Shown one piece after another: positions 50,701-62,299 of a stretch of 64,000 nt of DNA. The stretch's first letter is position 1. The number at the start of each line of letters is the position of its first letter. Below the pieces are notes generated by a model. The model saw only the letters and a program-made list of their open reading frames with translations, made no database searches and was not told the DNA's origin. A program made the position numbers and the translations under genes. The stretch is from Chiloscyllium plagiosum. Lineage: Eukaryota. The stretch lies in assembly GCF_004010195.1 (NCBI RefSeq), contig NC_057714.1, forward strand, positions 21,956,044 to 22,020,043, written 5' to 3'.

Positions 50701-51591
50701 AAGTCTAATTCTAGAGCAAATTATACAGTAAACGGAAAAGCCTTGGGAAAAGTTGATGAGCAGAGCGATCTGGGAGTTCAGGTCCATTGTACCCTGAAGG
50801 TTGCTGCACAGGTGGATAGAGTGGTCAAGAAGGCATATAGTATGCTTGCCTTCATTGGACATGATATTCAGTATAAAAGCTGGCAAGTCATGTCAAAATT
50901 ATGCAAGACTTTAGTTCAGCCGCATTTAGAATATTGTGTTCAGTTCTGGTCGTAACATTCCCAAAAGGATGTGGACACTTTGGAGAGGGTACAGAGAAGG
51001 TTTATGAGGATGGAGGGTGCTAGCTATGAAGAGAGGTTGAGTAGGTTAGGATTATTTTCATTAGTAAAAAGGTGATTGATGGGGGACCTGATTGAGGTCT
51101 ACAAAATCATGAAGGGTATAGACAGGGTGGATAGAGATAAGCTTTTTCCCAGGGTGAGGGATTCAATAACGAGTGGTCACACATTCAATGTGAGAGGAGA
51201 AAAGTTTAAGGGGGATATACACGGAAAGTACTTTACGCAGAGGATGGTAGGTGCCTGGAACGCGTTGCCAGCAGAGGCAGTAGAGACAGGCATGATAGAT
51301 TCATTTAAGGTGTGTCTGGACAGATGCATAAGTAGGTGGGGAGCAGAGGGATACAGATCCTTAGGAATTAGGTGATAGGTTTAGACAATAGACTTGCATC
51401 GGCTCACACTTGGAGGATTGAAGGCCCTGTGCCTGGGTTGTAAATTTTCTTTGTTGTTTGCTCTTTGAGTGTCAGAGGTTCTGTTCAGTCTGAGAGCTGG
51501 CTCTGAGGGAGCTGGATCAGAGTTAAGGACTCTTCACATGTAAATAATGGTGACTTGGCGATGGAATACCAGCCTCTGTGGAGTTATTTCA
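47792..51591 (+). mobile_element. Solo LTR (47792-47904 + 51467-51591) split by a CR1 insertion
   Basis: TG...CA termini (tgtagtg...tatttca) and 5 bp TSD actcc at 47787-47791 and 51592-51596. Confidence 0.85.
47905..51466 (+). mobile_element. CR1 LINE with 5' UTR, decayed ORF1, endonuclease and RT end; internally deleted
   Basis: ORF1 esterase remnants (DGLHVNQTG), APE motifs CIYFNARSI, YYRPPNS, MGDFNFPNIDW, ILDLVL. Jumps near 50310 and 50605. Tail. Flanked by gag/gag. Confidence 0.92.
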
Positions 51592-51976
51592 ACTCCACGC
51601 CAGCCTGGTTGTAGGTTGCCACTCAGGGACCCAGTTCATGCCGCAACATCCTATTGGACAGTAGTGCACAACAGGACTGTCACTTACTTTTGACTCAAGA
51701 GCTGTGCTTGTCGAGGCTGCTCTTCACAAAACTATCAGCTGTTTCTCCTCATCATGGGTTTTGAGTGAGCTGATACAGACCTCCAGCACATTTTATTTTC
51801 TGTCAGATTTCAATTGGTTTGTCAGTGCCTAGTATAGTATTTCATGCAGGAACATTGACCAAAACAAAGGACACATTGATCAGAAAAAAGACAGAGCAAG
51901 GAGAGAAGTAAGCAGTGGAAATGGCCTTATTCCTTGGCCATCATGCTACTGAGCAAATGTACAGATGAAAATGACT

Positions 51977-52250
51977 TGGTAGCTCAGTGGTTAGCTCTGC
52001 TGCCTCACAGCGCCAGGGTCCTGGGTCTCATTCCAGCCTCGGGTGACTGTCTGTGTGGAGTTTGCCCATTCTTCCCTGTATCAGCGTGGGTTTCCTCCAA
52101 GTCTCCTGGTATTCCAATGATGTGCAGGTTCGGTGAATTGGCCATGCTAATGTGTGGGTTAGGGGCATTAGTCATGAGTAAATGTACGGAGTCGGTGTGG
52201 ACCTGTTGGGCCGAAGAGCCTGTTTCCACACTGTAGGAATTCTATGATTC
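51977..52250 (+). mobile_element. HE1/V-SINE-type SINE
   Basis: ggtagctcagtggttagctctgctgcctcacagcgccagg...gggccgaagagcctgtttccacactgtag. Confidence 0.88.
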
Positions 52251-54292
52251 TGGATTTGGCAACGTATACTTTGGAGAATTTGGAGGCAGCATTGGGATTT
52301 GGTGCAGAGGGAAGATGGGCATTTTGCCTTTTTTGGGCTCATAATTTATAAGGTTTTTTTAACCGGATTAATTAAAACCCAGGATCAGGGGCGCAGCACA
52401 AAAGAGTGTCATCACACAAAAACCGTACATGTTTGATGTAGTGAATGTTATTTCCAGATTTATACATTGAAATTTGTGAAAATGGAGATGGAAGTTATAA
52501 ATAAATCACTTGAGTGATTGGTTTTATGATATTTACTGACATTTGTGATTGGTAGATATGCAAAGATTGTGATTGGTCAACATTTTGCTTGTCTGTTATT
52601 GTGCATTGATATTTTTGACTTCACTTGATTTGTTCACCTTTAACTCAAATAAATATTGAACTTGGTGACTGAACTTGACCTGATGTGAGCTCATGACTTT
52701 GTGCAGCAAGAACAGTTCAGCTGTAATGGCGTGAGATCAGTCTTTCAAATATGGTGTCATTGAAAGGCACAATACATTTCATTTGCACTGGGCGAAGTCA
52801 TTTTATTTAATAAATACGAGAGGAAAAACTAACATTGCAAATGGAGATACCCTGAAAGAGTGAAGCAACAGTCTGGCATAAAAAAAAGATTAACCTCAAG
52901 CTGTGTTATAAGCCTCTGTTTATGGTGGAAACCCTGGAGCGATCTGCTGTGAATCTTAATGTTTACAACATTTTCAAGGATTTCAATTAACACTGTACAT
53001 TTTGTTTATATTTATTGTTTTCAACAGGATTAAATAAATGCTGTTAAGGTTTCTGTTTCTCAACTGACATCATTTCCTACAAGTTCCTAGTCCAGCTAGA
53101 CACAAGAAGGTACATTACCAGGACAATACCAGAGGCAATTGGGGTTCAGTTAGGGGTCAGTACTTTGTCATCACACACTTATGTATTTGTATATGCATGA
53201 GGCTTGTCAATGTCAACTGGCCTATAATAAGATCAAAGAAATTACTAGTTTAGTGAACTAAATTAGCCAGTTGTAACTTCAAGCCCACGAGTTGCTGGCT
53301 TTGGAAATTACATTGCGCAAAAGTTAACCCATGAGCAAATGAAATTCATTTGCACATTATTTTTAAATAAAAATCTTACTCAAACTGAGACTAGGTATTT
53401 AATGAATTAGCATAAAGAAGCAGCAGAGTTTACAAGACAGAATTAGATAGTCACAGTGACTAAAAGGTGGCTGAAGTGAGGCCTTGAGACAAGAGGATGA
53501 CCGCAGCAAATGTTCCTGAGAGCCAGAGTGTCCTTTAGCTCGTCCCCAATCCTCTATCCATGCCAGTATCTTGTCCTTAACACCATGTGTTCTTTGATTA
53601 GCAGCCTCCTGTGTGGCACCTTGTCAAAGGCCTTCTGGAAATCCAAATAGATCACATCCACTAGACTCTGCTTTGGCTACCTCGCTTGTTACTTCCTCAA
53701 AGAATTCTAACAGATTTGTCAGGACTGACTTTCCCTTAACAAGGCCATGCTGACTCAGCCCTATTTTATCATGCACTCCCAAATATTCCACAATCTCATC
53801 CTTAATAATGGACTCCAAAATCTTACCAACGACTGAGGTCAGGCTAACTGGCCTATAGTTTCCTGCCTTCAGCCTCACTCCCTTTTTAAACAGGGCTGTT
53901 AGATTAGCCATTTCTTGTACTCTGGGACCCTCCCTGACTCCAGTGATTCTTAAAAGATCACCACCTCTGCAATCTCCTCAGCAATGTTCTTCAGAACGTT
54001 GGGTGTATTCCATCTGGTCCAGGTGGTTTATCTGCTTTCAGACCTTTCAGCATCCCCAGCACCTTCTCCTTAGTGATAGCTAAGACACTCACCTCTGCCC
54101 CCTGACTCTCTTGAAGCCTTGGTATATGACTAGTGTATTCCAGGAAAGAAATGCAAAGTACCTGGACATTTCCTCTGCCATTTCATTGTTCCCCCATAGT
54201 AGTTCTCCAGCCTCATTTTCCAGCCATCCACTGTTCACTGTTGCCTCTCACTTATATTCTCTGCTGGTTTCTATCCTCTGGCTTCCCATTAA

Positions 54293-54611
54293 TGGGTGGC
54301 AAAGTTAGCACTGTGGTTAGCACTGCTGCCTCACAGCGGTAGGAACCCGAGTTTGATTCCAACCTCGGTCAACTGTCTGTGTGTAGTTTGCACGTTCTCC
54401 CCGTATCTGCGTGGGTTTCCTCCGGGTGCTCCAGTTTCCTCCCAAGATCCAAAGATGTGCAGTTCAGGTGAATTGGCCATGCTAAATTGCCCATAATGTT
54501 CGGTGCATTAGTCAGGGGGAAATGGGTCTGGGTGGGTTACTCTCGGATGGTTGGTGTCGACTTGTTGGGCCAAATGGCCTGTTTTTACACTGTAGAGAAT
54601 CTAATCTAATC
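54293..54611 (+). mobile_element. HE1/V-SINE-type SINE
   Basis: tRNA-like head, V-domain and ctaatctaat tail. Confidence 0.9.
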
Positions 54612-54975
54612 TTCACCACATTGTATGATTTTTCTTTTGCTTTTGTCAGCCTTCCTTTGTCAGCCATAGTTTCCTTGTCCTCCCCTCCATACGTTGCTTC
54701 TTCTGTGCCTCCTGATTTACCCCAGAAACTCCTGCCTTTGCTGCTCCGTTGGGCTCCCTTTCCAATCAGTTCTTGCCACTCGTCCCTCATGTCTTTGAAG
54801 TTCCCTTTACTCAAATATAGTATCATTACATCTGATTCCAGTTTCTCCCTCTCAAGCGTCAGGGTGACTTCTCTCATATTATGGTTATTGCCCCCAGGGG
54901 TTCTTTCACCTCAGCTCCCTAATCAAGTCTGCCCCATTAAACATCATCAAATCCAGAATTGCCTGCACCCTAGTG

Positions 54976-55186
54976 GGAGAAAGTGAGGACTGCAGGTGCT
55001 GGAGATCAGAATCAAAACATGCAGTGCTGGAAAAGCAGAGCAGATCAGGCAGCATCCGAGGAGCAGGAGAGTCGACATTTTGGGCGTTCAGGAATGATGA
55101 AGGGCTTATGCCCGAAACGTTAACTCTCCTGCTCCTTGGATGTTGCCTGACCTGTTGTGTTTTTCTAACCGCCACACTTTTTTGAC
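54976..55186. mobile_element. Head-to-head inverted pLTR pair (family 1)
   Basis: Left arm ggagaaagtgaggactgcag...gagtcgacattttgggc. Right arm tgatgaagggcttatgcccgaaacgttaactctcctgctcc... Confidence 0.85.
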
Positions 55187-55659
55187 ACTATTCCCAAATC
55201 CGGTAGACATTCCACAAGTTGATTTTCTTGAGATCAGCTACCAAACTGATTTTCCCAGTCCACCTGCATTCTATTTTCTGTCCCACATCCTGACTACTCC
55301 TGGGAGAACTTTTTACAATTTCCATCCGTCTTTTTCCCTTTGTAGTTTCTTAACTCTCTCCACACAGATTCCACATCTTCTGACTCCTTATCAGTTTTTG
55401 CTTTAAATTTAATTTCATTTCTTACTAACAAGGCAACCATTCCACCTCTGCCAATTTCCCCGTCCAATCACCACCCAATGAACTTATGGGTGATCTGCCA
55501 TAGCACTGTTTTGTGCTGGGCCCGTGATCCTGGGCTTTAATTTATCTTGTTTAAAAAAAAAACTTCCAAGCTATGAGCCAAATAAAGTTAACAAAATAAA
55601 GCACCTCTTGCCTTCTGCAAAGGAGTCCCACACTAAATCCAAGTTCTCCAAACTATATA

Positions 55660-55873
55660 AAAACTAAATGAACTGCAAATGCTTGAAATCAGAAAGAGAA
55701 ATAGAAGTTGCTGGAAAAGCTCAGTGGTCAGACAGCACCTGCACAGAGGAATCAGAGTTAAAGTTTCGGGTAAGGTGACTCTTTTTCAAAACTGCAGCTA
55801 ACTCTGATTTCTCTTCCATAGGTGCTGCTGCCACATCTGCTGAACTTCTCCAGGAATTTCTGTTTTTTGCCCC
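55660..55873. mobile_element. Fold-back pLTR element (family 2) with 12 bp TSD
   Basis: ccaaactatata at 55648-55659 and 55874-55885, with inverted arms. Confidence 0.8.
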
Positions 55874-56057
55874 CCAAACTATATATTCACTCAGACGGTG
55901 TCTCGCTCTGAATGTGATCTCTACTTCCTGACCGTGCAAGGTTTAGAGGGCCCCTGGGTCTGTTGGTGATTGGTGGAGGGCTGCACAATCAAACACTGGG
56001 CTGGAGTCACCACGACAGATATCCCTCACTATCCAAAAGTAGAGTGTTCCTGCCAAA

Positions 56058-56246
56058 CCTTTTGTAAGCCGAAATGGCATAAAGCAAAAACGCATTAATT
56101 TATATGGGAAAATATTTGCCTTTTTGCGTGAAAGTGAAAATCCTCTTTGAATTTTTTTGTTTGGTTAGTGAAAACAGGTACTAATGTAAGTCTTTCATAA
56201 AAGTGAAGTGGCGTAAAGCAAACTTTCAAAAAGCAGGGAATACCTC
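56058..56246. mobile_element. Partial Tigger-like MITE
   Basis: Repeated (g/c)gtaaagc subterminal motifs ending aaagcagggaatacct. Only one end is recognisable. Confidence 0.45.
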
Positions 56247-56639
56247 GAATGGCTCTGCCTTTCACTTTGGGAATTGTTGCTGTTCACTTTCCATCCGTTA
56301 AGTGAAAGGATTGGAAACTGCATGTCACTGAGGGGAGAAGCTGTAGCAGTAAGATGCTAATGCATGTAAATAGACCACATTGATCTCTGGCAAGAATCTC
56401 TTCTCACTACTCAACACTTGTTTGGCACATCGAACATTTTGTTCCCAACTGAAGGAAGTGCCTTCCTGTCAATCCCAAGTGATTCCTTCAACTTTCTTTC
56501 CTATGCTCATGTTACTCAAAGCCTACAAAAGTTCTGTCCTTTGTTTAGCACCTTCCGCACTCTTGCTCCTCCAGCAGAGCATCGCTTCACAGAGTCAGTG
56601 TCCCTGACAGTATGGGGACAGGGATTTCCAGCAGAGTGG

Positions 56640-57115
56640 TTACAGGGATCCCTGGCTGAGTGGGTACAGGGGTCCGCCTGGCTGAGTGGGTACAGGGGAC
56701 CCCTGGCTGAGTGGGTACAGGGGACCCCTGGCTGAGTGGGTACAGGGGACCCCTGGTTGAGTGGATACAGGGGTCCCCTGGCTGAGTAGGTACAGGGGTC
56801 CCCCTGGCTGAGTGGGTACAGGGGTCCCCTGGCTGAGTGGGTACAGGGGTCCCCTGGCTGAGTGGGTACAAGGGTCCCCTGGCTGAGTGGGTACAGGGTT
56901 CCCCCTGGCTGAGTGGGTACAAGGGTCCCCTGGCTGAGTGGGTACAGGGTTCCCCCTGGCTGAGTGGGTACAAGGGTCCCCTGGCTGAGCGGGTACAGGG
57001 CTCCCCTGGCTGAGTGTGTACAGGGGTCCCCTGGCTGACCGGGTACAGGGGTCCCCCTGGCTGAGCGGGTACAGGGCTCCCCTGGCTGAGCGGGTACAGG
57101 GGTCCCCCTGGCTGA
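56640..57115. repeat. 25-26 bp G-rich minisatellite, ~19 copies
   Basis: Unit ccctggctgagtgggtacagggg(a/t)c. Confidence 0.96.
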
Positions 57116-57479
57116 ATTGGCTACAAAGTGCTGGAGAATGATTGGAAGGAATGGCAGCAGGCTGGCTGAAATGGAAGGAATGAGGGAAGATGCTGGGGAG
57201 AATTTTGAAATTTAGCGGCAGGGTTTGTTTGTTTGTTTGTAGTCTCGCTGTCTGAAGTTGATTATGATGCCTATACGCCTGCAGATTCAAATTGAACAAC
57301 TGTATTCACTTTCGAGTGCTCATGATTGCTTCCATAAACTTAATGAGCTGTGGTCACGTTTAACAGGTGACTGCTCTGAGATCTGGACTCATTCCAAACT
57401 GTACTATCTGATGTTCTTTGACGTCTGTTGCAGTTTTCAAGCATGATCAAATGCTTAATTATTTTCTGGTAGTGTCTAT

Positions 57480-58035
57480 GTGCACAAATTTGTCCCATAG
57501 CCTTTAATATTTTTGGTCAATAAAACCTCAGTTTTAAATTGAATACTTGACCTAGCATTAAATGCAATTTGCAGAAACAAATTCCAAACTTGTACTGAAT
57601 GTCATAAGTAAAAGTGTTCTTAGTTTTACACTTGAAAGGTTTTGCAGTCATTCTCAGATACTCTTGACTCCCCAGTCAAAATAACATCTCTCTAACTATC
57701 CTATCAGTTCCCCTTAATATTTTGAAAAAGAGTGATCAAATCTTCCCCTAACCTTCTAAATTGTTTCTAATGAAATGCAGTCCTTTTTCAAGCAATCTCT
57801 CTTCGTGATTTAGCCACCAGAGACCAGGAATCATTCTGATAAAACTACACTATATATCCTCCAAGACCAATATATCCTTGCTAAAATGAGATGCCCAGAA
57901 CTGCCTACAATAATCTGGGTGTGGGCTAATGAAAGCTTTGTATAACTACTACCAACACCCTACACCAGCCACTCCCACCACTCCTTGTCTCCTTGTCCTC
58001 CAGATATAAACTCCAGAATTCCAATACCTCTTTGA
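57480..58035 (-). mobile_element. Very old CR1 3' fragment
   Basis: Degraded aaatcttcccctaaccttctaa, atatatccttgctaaaatgagatgcccagaactg. Confidence 0.6.
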
Positions 58036-58647
58036 TTGTAGGAACGTAAATTTAGATTCTTTTGGTGGTATTATTTCAGACAGCAATAATAAAGTCTACC
58101 TAAATCACCAGAATAGGCAATCTCTTCCAAAGTAAATTATTAAAAAATGAACCGAGGAAAGTATAATATAAGGAAATCAAAGAAAGAGAAAAGAGTGTTA
58201 TGGAGAGAATAGAAACTTGAATACCAAAAACTTGAATGGCATATTGGATTGGATATTGCTGGAAAAATAACACTGCGTGAGCAACAGGCTCATCCACTAA
58301 TGTGCGAATTGGCCAGAAAACTCAGGAAATTAGGAGATATACCATGAGGTTGTGAATCTTGCTGATCAATTTCTCCAACTGTGCTATTTTCTTCACACAA
58401 ATGGCACCTTGCCCTTAACCTGCCTATTGTAGAGGTACCGCATTTATAAAAGTAAACTTGACCCAGAAAGTTAATTCTAGTCACTGAAAGTTTAAGTGCC
58501 TTTTGTTCCAATGTAATCATTATTCACACGACACTCCTTATGGCACAGAATGAGGCAATCTAATGTGTTCAGCCAAGCGTTTTATTTTCAAAATGTCATT
58601 GTTAAGAACTTATTTATCCTACTTTTCCTTTCTATCTCTTTTTGTCC

Positions 58648-58948
58648 TCATAGAATCCCTATTGTACAAATAGAGACCCATCAAGTCTGCACCAAACCTC
58701 CGAAGAGCGTCCCACTCAGATCCACCTAATCCATGCAACTCCGCTTTTATCATGATTAACCCACATATCTTACATATCCCTGAACACTACAGGGTAATTT
58801 AGCACGGCCAATCCACCTAAACTGCACAACCTTGGACTGTGGAAGGAAACCAGAGCACATGGCGGAAACCTGCCCAGACATGAGGAGAACACGCAAACTC
58901 CACACCCGAGGCTGGAGTCGGCCCAGGTCTCAACCACTGAGCCACCCT
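58648..58948 (-). mobile_element. HE1/V-SINE-type SINE (diverged)
   Basis: ggtaatttagcacggccaatccacctaa...ttggactgtggaaggaaaccagagcac. Confidence 0.82.
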
Positions 58949-60749
58949 CCAATCTCTCTATAATCTTTGTTCCCCTTCCTATTTATCTTTCTATAGCTAA
59001 TTTGACTCTCATTCACCAACTTTACCTAAATCTCATTTTCCATTATGCTTTGCTCCTGTTCCTGTCACAGCCCTTGTATCTGGTTGTTTGTTATGGCATT
59101 GTTGATTGTATTATTCACTCAAATCCCAGTTGCCCTCTTCTTGCTATTATCAGTTCATACTTCCAGAAAGTTATGAGGCAAGCATGTTTTAAGCTATAGA
59201 ATATCTACATAAAGGCATAATTCAGAGCTGTCCCACCATAGCAAACTCATCACTATCAACATAGCCATTTATAAATAAACTTACATCTGGGCGGTTGCAA
59301 AAAATGGGAATAAAAATACATCGGCCCACCATATCAGCACTTAAGATTTCTTTTGCAAATTGCCTCAAAGACAGGAATCAATCTCCCTTTTGGCTTAATG
59401 CAGTCTTTCATCTTATGGAGTTATTTTTACTTCAAGTTAACATTCCTTTCTGTCTAAAAAGACTAGTTGCAATGTTTTTACGCCTATTTTGTTCGAGAAG
59501 TATGTTGCTTATTGCTTATATAATCTAAAACATTTCCAGTGATTCCATTCTTCCAGCATGACGATTCAAAGAATAGCTCATTATCATGTAGAAATAAATT
59601 CAATCGCTCTTAATGATGAATAAGGCTGAAGGAAAACAGAGTGGTTCAGTGCAGTGTAAATGCTCGAACAACATTTGCTGGAGATGAGTAATCCATTCAG
59701 CTGCTGCCAGTGTAGAATATCAAAAATGAAAGGCCTATTAAGTCCTAACAAATAGTTAGACAGTTTTGCAGTCTCATCAGATTCTGAATCAATGCAATTG
59801 TCATGCTAATGAAAACCATTTCAGATTGGCATTACTTCCTGGATCACTTTCAATGTGAAATGAAAGTGGCTTAACCATGATAAAACTCCTCTCAGTAGTG
59901 CTGTCTATGATCGAGAATCAGGTCAAGATTAACATGGGATTGCAGCTGATATATTATTATTCCTCCAGAATAATGTATTTTTTCGAATGTATGATGTACG
60001 ATATAACCGCTTGTTGCTTTTCAATGAGCATCTTCACATAGTTATTTGCAATATAAATCAGAATTGAATGGTGATGCTCCTCTTCAGGGATGGGCTCCCT
60101 CTCTATCTCTGTACCAGCCTTAACCCATTCTCCTGAGTTGTGATAAATTATAATAAGTGTTCAATTAATCTTTAATCTCATTGACTGAGTTGATTTGTGA
60201 GACATTGTTTGAATGAAAACAATTCCACCCTGTTTAAAAATGGCTGCAGTAGCCATCTTTGCTGGCAAACTGGCCAAGTTCCACAGGGAAATACAAAGTG
60301 GATGCCTAAATAATATTGCTGAGTATAAATAGTGTAAATGCATCATATCATCTGATGGACGTTAGTGCTTTATAGGGTTTGTTAGGGTTTGGAAGGGTTC
60401 AGAGGAGTGTATTAAGTATCATCCAATATGATAATATCATATGGATTTGGTGAAACAACAGCTCTGAATATTGAAAAAAATTGAGCCAGCATCCAGGCCC
60501 CCTATAGTCTACTCAACAATGACAACCGTACCACTATACCATGTAAACTTGATTGCTATCATGCAGTTAGCAATATCCTGTTTTATTCCAAAAGATTGGT
60601 CTTATTAGACCACCAGTGGTTTTTCACTAACACACCAGACAATCAGGTTCTTTCAATCCTAAGCAAAAAGCAGGATGGTTACATCAAATCTACTTGATTC
60701 CCCACCATTTCTGACATTGTGAAGGCAGAATGAAGGATGGATTAGCTTG

Positions 60750-61442
60750 TCAACCATTTCTTTGTTCCCGATGATAAATTACCCGGTTTCTGACTGTAAG
60801 GGACTTACATTAGTTTTCACCAATCTTTTGCTCTTTGGATACCCCTAGAAAATTTTACAGTAATATTTTTTGGTCCCACCAAGTTTACTCTCTTATTCTA
60901 TTTTCCCCTGCTCAATCAATCCCTTTGCTGATTTCCAAACTGTTCCCAATCCTCAGGTTTAATGTTTTTTTCTTGCTAGTTTGTATGCCTTGTTTTTGTG
61001 TCTAATACAATCTCTAACTTCCCTCATAAGCGATTGCTTGACCACTGTTCTCTTTGCACGTTTGTGCCAGACAGGAGTAAACAGTTTGTGTAGTTCAACC
61101 ATTACCTCTTTGAATTCTTGCCATTGCCTACCCACTGTCATTCCCTTCGCTATTTCAGCATTTCCCAATCCATTATAACCAACTGACACTTCAAACCATC
61201 ATAGTTTCACAGAAGATTCATGAGCGTGGTCTCAGAATCAATTACCTCACTCTTCATATTGATGAAGAATTCTATTATACTATAGTCGCTCAATCCCAGG
61301 GGATCTCCCACAACTACATTATCAATGATTCCTTTCTTATGACATGGTACCCAATCTAAAATGGTCTGTTCTGTAGTTGGTTCCATGATGTATTGCTCCA
61401 GAAACCGTCCCGAATACATTCTGGGAATTCCTCCTCTGCAAC
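60750..61442 (-). mobile_element. Old CR1 ORF2 endonuclease/linker fragment
   Basis: FLEQYIMEPTTEQTILDWV...VGDPLGLSDYSIIEF. Confidence 0.8.
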
Positions 61443-62125
61443 ATTATGACAACATGATTCACGCTCGCCCACTCTCACTAAATGCCTGTAACATCTTCCA
61501 CATTTGCTTTCATCGACACCACCACTACTAACCCTGCATACCCTCTGCACTGCCTTGCTCAGGACAACTCCCCACGGCCCCAAAAGTAACAGTGCACCAC
61601 TCAATTTCACCTGTATTAATTCCTTCCTATCCCTCATTCCATGAAGAAAACAGCACCCCAATGGGCAGGAAGAGTTAAGGCAAGTGTTGGTCTGCCTGAC
61701 ATTTGGCTCATCACCCCTTAGGTGGAGTACACTCGGATCGCATCCAGCCAGAGCAGCTGAATGACTGTGTCCAAGCCCCTGGACTAGTTTCGAAGTCTGC
61801 CTTTGACTCTCTATGCCCAACACTCCCTAAGTGAAGGCTATTCCCATTAACTCAATTGTGGCTTGCTGGCAACCACAAGAACCTTCATGCCTTTGTCTTC
61901 ATTAAATAATAAGGCAAGGTAAGGCAAGGCAGAAGTAATATGAATCTGGTATCTCTGGCTAAGGGGGCAAAATGCAAAAAAGCAAGGCAATGTAGGGATT
62001 CTGCACGCATCCAGATAGGAGCAGAGTAAGTGAATGCTATGACAGTGTGTGAAGAGCCAGTGCACTTGCTCATGGTCTGGGCCAGACCATGAGCAAGTGC
62101 ACTGGCTAAGCACGATTTGCACATG

Positions 62126-62252
62126 TGGTCTTGGACTGGGGTGTACAAAGTTAAAAATCACACAACACCAGATTATAGTCCAACAGGTTTATTTGGAAGC
62201 ACTAGCTTTCAGAGCGCTGCTCCTTCATCAGGTGTTTTGTGATTTTTAAGTT
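62126..62252 (-). mobile_element. pLTR (family 3) with hammerhead motif
   Basis: Minus strand cacCTGATGAaggagcagcgctctGAAAGCTAgtgcttccaaataaacctgttggactata...tttgtacaccccagtccaag. Short inverted terminal piece at 62236-62252. Confidence 0.8.
62200..62234 (-). ncRNA. Minimal type I hammerhead ribozyme motif with intact core
   Basis: Helix I cac/gug, CUGAUGA, helix II ggagc-agc-gcucu, GAAA, palindromic AGCU, CUA triplet. Confidence 0.7.
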
Positions 62253-62299
62253 AGTTAAGCAGATCATGTTCTTGCAGAAGCATGACAATGATAGCTGTT

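Larger units (their letters stand above)
53545..55470 (-). mobile_element. Old CR1 ORF2 fragment with nested SINE and pLTR palindrome
   Basis: ORF 53624-53911 GNYRPVSLTSVVGKILESII...SQHGLVKGKSVLTNLLEFFEEVT. Confidence 0.85.

Noticed and set aside
56587-57299. 219 aa and 128 aa repetitive ORFs
   Set aside because: They derive from the 25-26 bp minisatellite.
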